64,000 nucleotides of DNA from Bilabrum cf. latius (lineage: Eukaryota): assembly GCA_965178125.1 (NCBI GenBank), contig OZ237737.1, positions 1,178,001-1,242,000 on the forward strand. Reading direction: 5' to 3'. The notes below the pieces were generated by a model. The model saw only the letters and a list, made by a program, of their open reading frames with translations. It was not told where the DNA came from and searched no databases. Below are positions 49,701 through 60,600 of the stretch, piece after piece (position 1 is the stretch's first letter; the number at the start of each line of letters is the position of its first letter). The position numbers and the translations under genes are program-made.

Positions 49701-52700
49701 CACGACGGCAAACGTGTCGACAATCGAGATTGTGTGTCGTAACGTGACACCTTGGAGCGTTTGGACTTCGTCTGATGGCACTGAGTACCCCGTGCTGAAC
49801 GACCTCTCCGCTCAGCTCGTGCACAACGGTTCCGGAGTGATGGCACCCACTCGTCTCGAGATCGGTGGATAGTACTGCTAGGGTGGAGTCTTTGTCGTTG
49901 ATGATGAAGCTATCCTGTGTCACGCAATCTCTCTCGAGACTTTCGAATCGCCTCGGGTGGATCTAGAGATAGGTGGTCAGACTGCCACGAGCTTCAGCGC
50001 ATTTGAGTTCTTGGAGGAGCCGTTTGTATCGGCTGTGCGACCCGCCAGCGGCCCCACCATAGGGGGTACAACCATCACCATCTCTGGCGTCGGCTTTGGC
50101 AGGACGGATGGCTCGGATCTTTCGTCTGGGATACGAAGCGAAGACGCTGGAGTAACCGTGTCTCGCCGTCCGTGCACGGACATCAAGGTGCTGGATTCTC
50201 GGACTATTACCTGCAAGACTCCGGCAGGCATTGGTCTAGACCGTGAAGTTCAAGTGCGGAATGCCATTGGAAAGGCGTCCAACGCTGCACCGGTGTTTGA
50301 GTATAACGAGCCCGTGGTCTTGAGCAGCAGTCCTGCGCACGCCGTGCTGGCTCCACCCTTGTCCTCTGCAACTAGGTCTATTGAGATCAGCGGAATCAAC
50401 CTGTGGTCTGGCGATCAGCGCGATCCGCCGCCAATTGTGACCGTTGCTGGTGCATCCTGCGACTAGGTGCGTATGCAGAGCCCAGAAGTTCTATTGTGCA
50501 GCGTACGTCCCAGCGAGTTTGGCATCTCTGGAGAGATCGAGCTTGTGCCTGCCACTGACTCGAGGCAGCGAGTCGTGCAACGCAGTGTGTTTGAAATATA
50601 CTAGGGACCTGTCGTGAGCAGCTTTGATGTGCCTAATAATACCATCCCACAGCGTGGTTAGGTTCAAATGACCATTCGTGGTTCGCAATATGGTGCGAGC
50701 TTGGCAGACATCAGCAGTGTCACGTTGGGTGGAGCTCCTTGCAGCAATCTGCAATTCAAGAGCTCGTCCGAGTTGCTGTGCTAGGTCCCTCTAGGCGCCA
50801 CCGGCAGCAACCCGATCGTGGTCACCAATTCTGAGGGTTACTCATCGAACACCAACGTTCAGTTCTCGTACGCTCGACCGGTGATATCGAGCGTCGAGCC
50901 GTCGTACAGTCATGTGTACGCGTCGAATCGGACGCTTCAGTCATTCTTTATTTCGGGACAAGGATTCGGATGGAAGCAGGAAGATTTGGATACGATTGTG
51001 GTTGGCGGAAATCCGTGCAAGCCCGTTTGGCAGAGCCCAACCTCTGTTCTGTGCGAGGATGTTGATGCGACGTCTTGGACTGGAGCAAGCAGAGATGCGG
51101 TGTCGGTCAAAATAAACGATCTGACCACATCGCAAGCCGGCATTTTTACGGTGTATGACTCACCGTCTGTGTCTACGGTCGCACCGAATTTCGCATAGAG
51201 TCTCGGCGACATCCCGTCTGACTCAAGCTATGTGCCACTGGAGGATCGGCCTCCTGTCCCAGTGTACAACAACATCTCTGTATGTTCCTTGCAAAATGTC
51301 ACGGACAATGGTGTACAAGTCGTGAGAGATGTCTGTACCATTGTGACGAATGTCACCTATGAGCCGGCCCGCGCTGCCAGCGATGAACCGTACCCATCAC
51401 CGTTCCAGCAGATCACTTGCAACGACTGCGGCCAGCGAGCAAGCGATGTGGTCGGCGTGGATGTCGGGGGGCGCCCGTGCACGGATGTCCGAAGTGAAGT
51501 CGTCGGTTCAGCCATTCAGGTGCGATGCAGGGCCCCGCCTGGCACCGGCACTCGCGTCCCACTCACGGTGCATCTGCTTGGAGGGTCCGGACGGTGGAGA
51601 GATTTTGAGTACCGTGCTCCAGTCTTGACTTCAGTCAGCCCCCCAAATTTTCTTTAGGGCAGCCCCGACAACTACACAGGCATCGAGATCCACGGGTCCG
51701 GCTTTGGTCCGTCCGATTACCAACTAAAGCAGACTTATGGCGCACACACAGACTACGCTGCCAGCCCAGTGGAGCTTGAGTTGGGTCAGTTTCCGTGTCT
51801 GGACCTGGACCACGTTTCCGACACTCTGCTCGTGTGTAGAACCATGCGGGCCCCGGCAAGCAGGGCTGTTTCAGTGGTGGTTGACCAGCAATTCGCCACG
51901 CAAAACCTCATGCAGCTTGCAAACCGGCCGGTCATCACCACAGCAGTGCTGCCGGCCGACACCGTAGCATCGGTTGATGGCAATTTCAACGTGACCATCC
52001 GCGGCTCGTTCGGTTGGGTAGAAGAGGACGTCAAGGCCGTGAGGATTGGTGATAGCCCTAGTCCACGATGGTACTGGCAGAGCAACGAGTTCATCATTGC
52101 TGAAGCGCCTCCTGGTTACGGCCGCGCGGCGGTCGTTGAGGTCGAGTTGAGGAACGGCCAGTTCAGCGGCAGGTCGCAGACGATCCAGTACGCACCGCCC
52201 GTGGTGACGGGCATGGAGCCGTCTGTTCTTTTACCCAATGCGGGCAACATCACCGTGAAGATCTTTGGCTCGAATCTCCCGCCCGAAGCCAGCATGATTG
52301 GCTCCATCTCGGTTGCGCAGTACCCGTGCCTCTTGACCGTCGTGAATAGCAGCCTGTACCTATGCGATCTAGTGAATGTTAAGGAGTGGCAGGGGTCTGC
52401 GCTGCAGATCAACGACAAGTAGCAAACTGCCACTGTGTTTGGTGATACATTTGTGGGCCTTGGCGCGCCCCGCATCACCACGCTGTCGCCGCAAAACGGG
52501 CCTACGGACCGCCCCACAACGGTGACACTACGAGGTCAGAATTTCCCCGCGAAGCAGGAAGACCTCGTTGCTGTGTATGTAGGTGGTGTGAGGGCAACCA
52601 ATGCACGAGTAGCCTCTGAACAGGGACAAACTGGTGAGATCCCGATCATCGCCGAGTTTCCCCCGGGCGCTGGTGCTGATATTCCTGTCTGGGTAGAGCT

Positions 52701-55700
52701 CAGGACAGTTTCGTCAGCTGCCGTGCCGATGTGGTCGTACGATCGACCTGAAATCGAGCAGATCGACCCGGAAGAAACGTTTGCGGGCGAATTTGATCTC
52801 GGGCTTACCATTATAGGCAGCAACTTTGGCACGAATCCTGCTCACCTGGGAAACATCACCGTAGTATCGAGGGAGGATGCTGCCCGCGCGGCAACGTGCA
52901 GTGGAAGCCCTGTTTGGCACAGTCCGACCATGATAACTTGCACAGTGCCTCACATGCCCGCGACGATGCCGCACGGCGGTATTCAAGTGTTCGTTGAGAT
53001 CGAATCCCAGCTTTCCATTGCCGTGGGCTCCGGTCAAAGCGCCTTTGTGCTGGGGAGGCCTTTGGTTGAGACCATTTCACCCACGACCGCAGCCGGGAAC
53101 GATAGTATCCTCATCCTTGGGGAGCGGTTTGGCGACAGCGATGACGATATTGAGTCTGTGTCTGTAGATGGGCAGGAATGCCTGGCCTGGGAGCGTCGAG
53201 GTGCAACCGCCATCCAGTGCATCGTCCCGTTCGAGTCTGAGGCTCGCAAGGCTGCTGGCGCGCTGGATACGTCGGCATTAGTAGGCCTGGATGTCGCAGT
53301 GCGAACCCGAGGCGGCCTACAGAGCGAGCCTAACGAATTTTTTGGGTATGCATCGGCCTCGGACGAACCATTTAACGCACCCTTTGGCGTGGTCGGATAC
53401 CGCGAGCAAAATTCCGTCAGCCTCATCAAGTTGCAGTGGCTCTACACTGATAGTGACCTTACCAGGTCAAGAAACCTGCGATTCTACCAGACTGCTCAGG
53501 AGTTTTACGTGTACGCCTATCCTTTGGACGAACGGCTAGTCCAGGATCTGGGTTTCTTTTAGCAGAACGCTAGTCTCGGAATGCAGGAAGGTGATGCAGA
53601 CCAGCCATCTGCGAGAATTCCCCACTCGATCTTGTTCTCGTCCCCTCCGACAGATTCTTCCGGAAACCAGCTAAACTCGACATCCGGCTTTATCGTCCAG
53701 AGGTACGATGCTCGGGTGGTTAGCCAGACGCCTCTTGACAGGTACACAACCACGGCGAGGTATGAGGTGGACGTGCCGGGGTTCCAGGCCCGGCCGTACA
53801 TCTTTCAGGTTGCCGCGAGCAACAATGCCGGCCAAGGACCCATGTCTCATCCCAGCGCAATCGTGTTTGAGGCGTGCGCCTCGAACCAGTTCCTAGCTAC
53901 ACACAAGGCCGCCACTGAGCCTGAGAGGGCAGTCTGCGTTGCATGCCCGGACGGTGCGTTCTGCGGCGGTCTTCCGAGCGAGAACGTCACGGCGCAGGCA
54001 GGCGCATGGCGCGTGCCATGGTCAAGCGAGGGTCTCTTGTTCGAGAACTGCCCTGAGCCTACAGTGTGCCAGGGGACTCCGACGGACATCGACGCCATCC
54101 TTGACGCTCTTGGGGGCACAAGTGGCGATGAGAATACCCCTGTAGAAGCAGAGACGGATGCTTTAAATTCTACATCGGCCCGCGAGCTCGGCGCGAGGTC
54201 TTTGACCGGCGACTGGTCTGAGAATGCGGCAGCAAGATCGCTGCAAGGTGTTCCGCCTGCCGTAGAGAGCCTGCAACGGTTCGGTGGGCGGCGAGGCAAC
54301 TACTCTGAGGCGGCACTGGTGAACGCGCTGCTTGCAACGCTGCAGCAGCACAGCACTGACCTAGAGGTATTCAGGATTCAGGAGCACCTGTCTTGGCACA
54401 GTGTCGACTTGACTAGAATGCCGTACCCTACTTTAGTGCTTGATCCCGAAGAGCAGGAGGGCTGCACGGAGGGCAACTTCGGTACGCTCTGCACCCAGTG
54501 CTAGCTCAACTATGCGCGAAGCGGCACGTTTCAATGCCGACGTTGCGCCGATAGGCGCTATATCATCGTCCTAACCGTGATTGCGTTCTGCGTGCTGATT
54601 GGCGCTATCAGTTTTGTTATCCGCGGCACGCTGATGACCCGCCAGCGCGAGGGCAAGGTCGAGATCATGGTGATCAAGATCGGGTTCTCGCACCTGCAGA
54701 CAGTCGCGCTGGCCTCGTCCTTTGAGCTGTCCTGGCCGAAAGAGATTGTCAGGTTCTTCGACGTGGTGGACACGTCCAGCAGCATATCGCCAGACATTGT
54801 CAGCGTTGATTGCCTGTTCCCACGAACCGGTACTCTGGGATCACGCACGTTCTTTCTTACTACCTCAATGATCCTCGTGGCGCCCATCGCCTTCGTTGCG
54901 GTCGTGTCTATCTTCTGGTTGGGCCGCTTCACCTGCACGGCGGCTGGCAACTCTGGTGCCACGAAACGGATCATCGCCCGGTCCATCGATATGGCTGCAT
55001 CGAGACAGCTGGAGAGGCAGGCCCGCGAGCGCGAGGAAGTGCAGATGGAGTCCAACCCGATGAATCCGACAGGTTCGTCGAGGAGCGATCTGGCGCAATC
55101 GAGCGCGGACTCAGAGGCGCCTCTCAGTAACTTGCTTGATCGGCCAGCTGCCAATGCATCCACCAATCGTTCGCGAACGTCGTTCGAGCCTCGGGCCCCT
55201 GCAACGTCCAAACGGAGTCTGCTAGGCGGCGGAACAAGTGCACAGGGCAGCCCGTCGCGCGGCGTGCAGCCGCTCAAGGGTCTGCGGGCGTCGAGTCCTG
55301 ACTCGAAGCGGGCAGCGTCGCAACCGGGCTCCAAAGCGGGTTCATCATCGTTCGCGTTAAGCGCAGCTCCGCCTCCGCGCAAGCCACGCCCACCTCCAGG
55401 CAAACCCACCTCCAGGTAGCGATCGGGCTCAAACTCCTCATCAGGCAGCAGCTCGGCCAAGTCGGCCATCATGAAAGTTTCGCTTGAACAGGCAATTGAC
55501 CTCGCCGAACAAGCAGCTAGGGCGCTAACGGAGCCGCAGAGCACCACCTCGAGGAGCAAGAGCGTGAGGCTGTCAAGCAAGGGTGCGAGGCGATTCCGGA
55601 GTTCGATTCGACGCGCAAGCAAGATGTCGAGGTCTTTGTAGGGTCATGGTGCTGGAGACAACGGCCTCAAAGAAAATCCGATCCATCTGGCCCTGGCCAA

Positions 55701-57222
55701 CTCGCGCCAACCCGGGACTCCCTTGTCCTCTTCATCCCAGTCACCGCTGTTCGACCATGCGTCACCCGTGAATGTCGGCGATTCCGAGCCTCTCTCGGAG
55801 CAGGACGAGCTAGCGAGGGGCGAGACTGACCTGGTGTCTCGTGTGAGCGAGCTGGCCATCCGTGCAGGCTTGGGGCCTGTCGAAATCGCTGAGCTGGTCA
55901 ACATCGCGCAGGCACACTTCAAGAAAGCGGCCACTTGGCAGCACACTCTGGAACGCATCATGGTAAGCAGCCTCGTGGTGGGATTCCTGGTGCATGCCAC
56001 CGTATCCCGGGCAGCTCTGCTGCTATTCACGTGCATTGGGGTGGGCGATGTGGAGGGTGCCTACGGCCCAGATGGTCAGCCCATTGACCAGGCTGAGGAG
56101 AGGCGCGTGCTGCTCCATGACATGGCCGTGGATTGCAGCAGCAACACCGCACTCACCTTCCGATACGCCGTGGGACTGCCATTCTTCGTGCTATACTCGA
56201 TCGGGGTGCCGCTTCTTGTGGGCACCCTGCTGTATATCTACAGAGAAGAACTGCAAAATCCAGCGTTTGGCCGCCGATTCTACTTCCTTTTCGCTGGTTT
56301 CAGAACCAAAGCGGTGTACTGGGAGAGCGTGGTGGCCCTTCGTAAGGTTGGTATTGCTGTGATCGCTGTGTTCCTTCGGCCCCAAGGCATTGACGTGCAG
56401 GCGTATTGCGCCCTGATCCTAGTGTTCGTCGGTGTCGTGGTGCACTCGAGGGCATGGCCGTACCAGAGCCAGGTGCTGAACCTGCTTGAACTGCAATGCC
56501 TGTGCACGCAATTCGTGACGTTCTACTGCGGGCTGTTCTTGATCTCGCCCAGCGTGGACGAGGCCGGCAAGGAGACAGCAACTTCGGTGATGCTGCTCGC
56601 CAATTCGTTCTGTCTCATCAGCATTGCCACCGTGCTGATCGGCCGGCAACTCGCCGCCCAGCTGCACAAGTGCGACCTGTTGAACCCCAATCCCACTTTC
56701 CCAAGCGACCGAACGTGGTCGTAGTGGTGCTGCAGCATGTGCTTTGCGATATGCCTGCCGTCCGAAGAAGAGCTCAGAGCAGCATCCACGAAGTAGGTGC
56801 AGAAGGAGAGCAAGCTCACTCGGTACTTGACCACGGCGCCCCAGGTCACCTTGCTCAAGGCGGGGCAGGGCGACTTACGCCGGGACGATCTCGGCGACGA
56901 GGCCGGCGAGGTGGCCAGCGACCAGACGTCTGGAAGGCAGGTCCGGGCCGGTTCTTTCTCTCGGAAGAGCCCGGGTCGCGCGGCGGGGCGAAGATCGTCA
57001 AACGTCCACTCCATGGCGCGGTCGCCGTACGCTGCTAAAGCTGCTGTGGCGCGGCTGTCGACGAACCAGAGGGGAAAGGGGTCTGGTAGCAGGTCGTAGA
57101 GCGTGATCGACAGGGTGAAGTCGATCGGTGGCTAGGAGGTGGTGAGCCCGATCGTTTCAGCCGCGGGACGAGCTGAAGAGGTCGCATCGTTCCGCGAGCG
57201 TGCGAAGCAACAGCGACCTTGA
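43748..57222 (+). CDS. Giant multipass membrane protein (~4,460 aa): signal peptide, Gly-rich region, ~20+ IPT/TIG repeats, FN3-like domain, Cys-rich region, multipass TM domain
   Basis: Start ATG 43748 (or 43730); intron 44036-44130 (GTAAGA...CGCAG); then one frame through 31 TAGs to TGA 57220-57222. IPT motifs (P.i.sv.P..G...GG..iti.G.nfG...v.vGG..C); FN3-like YIFQVAASNNAGQGPMS; TM region with FLFAGF....YWE.VV.LRK and ..AWPY....LN.LE. Confidence 0.88.
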
Positions 57223-57666
57223 TGCATAGCACAGCTGGTGAGGTAGTCGCAACCACAGGCCGTCATACGATGGCTCCGATGTGACCGCACGGCGGTGGTG
57301 CTCTGACAGGACCGACTTGATTGAATTGATTTGCACATGCTTTGCTATTGCTACTCCACGTCAAGATCTCAACTACGACGCGCCCTCAGAATCAGAAAGT
57401 AGAAGTTGGTGAAAAATTACCGTGTAAAGTAGCAACGCAAAGCACACTAGACCATTGACAGGCGCGCCCCTCAACCCAGCTGATCCTGATCTTGCTGAAA
57501 CCGCGCGCTCTGAGCCAGCAACCTCGCAGCTCAGCTGACGAGGGTTGCGGCACACGCAGAATCAGCTCGAGTAACAGACCAGTTGGAGCCACAGGACGCG
57601 ACGAGCAAGGCCAAGCAAAGACAAGATGCTAGAAAATGATACAAAAACGAACGCACTCGCAGACCA

Positions 57667-60600
57667 TCACCCGCGCGAGCCTGAGCCAGACCCCGTGCGG
57701 CCGGCCCTCAGAGCTGCGAGCGACTGCGAACCGTCTCCACCCACCAGGCTCCTCCCGGAGCCCGTGGACCCACCCCCGTCTCCAGACGCTCCTGCCTGCG
57801 TCGAAGTTGGCGCAAAGACGCTGCGTCGAGACCGGCGCTGTCCCCTTCTTCCCATGGGGTTCCTGGACATGCCGCCCGCCGCAGCGGCAGCCGCCGCCTC
57901 GATCGACGACTGCGGCTTGGACTGCCGGTTGACCTCCGCCGTGTCTGCCTCCTTCCTCGCCTCCTTGGCCTGGTCGGTCAGCGAGCGCACCTGCTGCTGC
58001 AGCGTGCGGTACTGGTCCCTGAAGATCGACCACTGCTCCTTGTCCGGCGGCGTGGCCATACCATCCATGGCCTCCTCGGCGTCAAGCGAATCGGCCAGCA
58101 GATTGCGTTGGGAAGCCCTCGCAAAGACCGGGTTGGTCTGCTACTCGATCACGCCCACGATCTGATCCTCTTCGGTCGGCAGGCCAGACTCCACATCGCC
58201 GCTCTTGCCGGGCCGACGGGCCCCCATCCCGGACCCGCGACGAGCCTTCTTCCCCGCCTTGGCTAGTTTTGCGTTCTCAGCCTCCGAAGCCGACGCACAG
58301 AGTGTGTAGATGTCGTACGCAAATACCGCGAAGAAGTAGATCAGCGTGCCGAAAATGACCACGAGGGTCAGCGCGATGAGAGTGTCCCTGTACCCAGCAT
58401 AGTACTCACCCGTCTCGTCCGTGTTAAGCTGGCCCGAGCTGAACATAATGCCGCTCAGGTTAACCAGCACGGCAGATCCCAGCAGAACGGACTCGATGGT
58501 ATTGTAGTTGATGGCGGCCCCCATCACTGTGCCACCGAACTGCACGAGCAGGTTGGGTGACTCGGTCAGCCTCTGGAAGCCCTGTCCGTACGTGGCCCGC
58601 TTCCTGCCCTTCTGCACCACCGACTTGATGGTGGCTGCCAGCTTGGAGTGGGGCGAGCTGGGGTCGAATGACAGCCGCTTGTGCTGCCTGAGCGTGTCCT
58701 CCATCTCGTCCGGTGACATGAAGGGATGCACCCTAGTCTGAGCCGCGAAGGCCGTAAACATGACCAGAAGGCTCATGGACAGCTGCATCACCGGGTTGCG
58801 CACGAACAGCAGTGACGTCAGCGCGAAGAAGAACTTGCGAGCAATCAGCGCCAGCATCCAGTAGATGCGGTAACCGATGGGCTTGAATGCGAAGTACATC
58901 TTTGAGTACCTCCTGCGGACCGTGTACGCGTTGGGGTTCGTCACGGTGTCTTCGCCCTGCTTCATTGCGCGCAGCAGCTGGTCCTCCATGACGAGGTCGT
59001 GGTTGGTGTACAGCACGTAGAACACGATCGCAGGGAAACCCAAGCCGTAGACCAGCAGCGTGACGATGGCAGGACCCAGAAGGGTCCGATGGATGCCACC
59101 AGGCTTGGAGCACGGCTCGAACACCACCTGTAGGTACAGCCGCCCGTCTGCGTATGATAGATCAGAAATGAAGAAGAGACCAAAATTGGAGAGGCTGTAC
59201 AGCCGAAGACAGGCAAAACACGCTGGGATCCACCGAGACGAGCTCACCTGGCGGAGTAGTAGGCTGCGATGATGTGAGGATGAAGGAAAGACAACACGTT
59301 TACAAGTAACGTAGCCAAGTAAATCCAATAAAAACAAAAGAAAAAGAAAGATGAAGAAGAAATAAGTGCACAAAGGTGCACCGTGGTGACCCGGGGGTGC
59401 AGCATCGAAGCATCGTAAAAGGCTAGACTCAAAGCGACTCACTTGGCAGTTGAGGACATCAAAGGACGTCCGAGAGAGAATGAGATACAAGATGTACCCG
59501 CCAACCAGGAACATAGAGACGCACCTATTCAGGTGCTGGCCAAACCACGCCTCCGTCCGTGTCTTGCGCTTGATGCACCAATCATATGCCGAAATGCTGA
59601 CATACACGAGGGTTAGGCACAGCAACCCAGCCACCGGCAGCATCATGATGAACATCCACTTGGACATGTAGCTAAGATCGGGCACGGTGCACTCGGGCGC
59701 GGTGATCTCGATGTTGAGGTTGAAGGCGGACAGGATGTGAAGAATATCCTGCAGCACGGGCGGCCACGGCACTCTGGCCATGGTGTACAAAGAAAGTACC
59801 TGAAAGTAGTCCATGCCGAGCGTTGTGAGAACCAGGTTGATGTTGTACTTGGCCAGGAAGAAGACGAACCCCACGCCACAGATCATGATGATGATGAATA
59901 CTGCGATCAGGATCCACGGGTTGTCGGGGCACTCCACGCATTCCCCGGCGCGGCGGTAATAGCCCTCGTCACACGCATTGCACCGCCACTCTGGACCGAC
60001 ACTTCGGTAGCCCGTGGCGCAGAAGTTGTCCCCGGTGCACGCCCATATAGGGTCGCAAGGCACGACGCACTGCGCACGGTCTGGGATCCTGAACAGCTCG
60101 GGGCACTCTGAGAGCTGGTCCGTTTCGTTGAGGTTGTACCAGCCCTCCTGAGGCCTTGGCTGATGGAAGAGCACGTTGCGGTACTTGAGCTGCCAAGGCC
60201 CATCGTCGTCATCGAGGTCGATGGTGAGGTAGCGCGGGTCCTGAAGGGACGCGCCGAGGCTGCGAGCGTTCTCGGGGGACCGAAGCTCGTCCTCAGCTTC
60301 TTGTCCTTCACCGCCCTCACCCTCCTGCAGCATCCTCCTCTGCTCGTTCTCCTCCTCAAACTGAGCCTGCAGCAGCTCGATCTGCTCCCGCAGGCCGATG
60401 ATCTCCACCTCGCGGCTCGCGATAAGATCGGCATGAAGCTGGGGCACTAAGCGCGTGTGGCCATTGCAGTCGGCGCCTCTAGGGCAGGGCAGGCACAGCT
60501 CCGAAGGGTCGGCGAAGAACCCTCGGTCGCAGGCAAAGAGCAAAATGTCTTCGGACGTACCGTTCTGCCCAGCTGCTGACACTTCGATCGCCTTGTAGCC

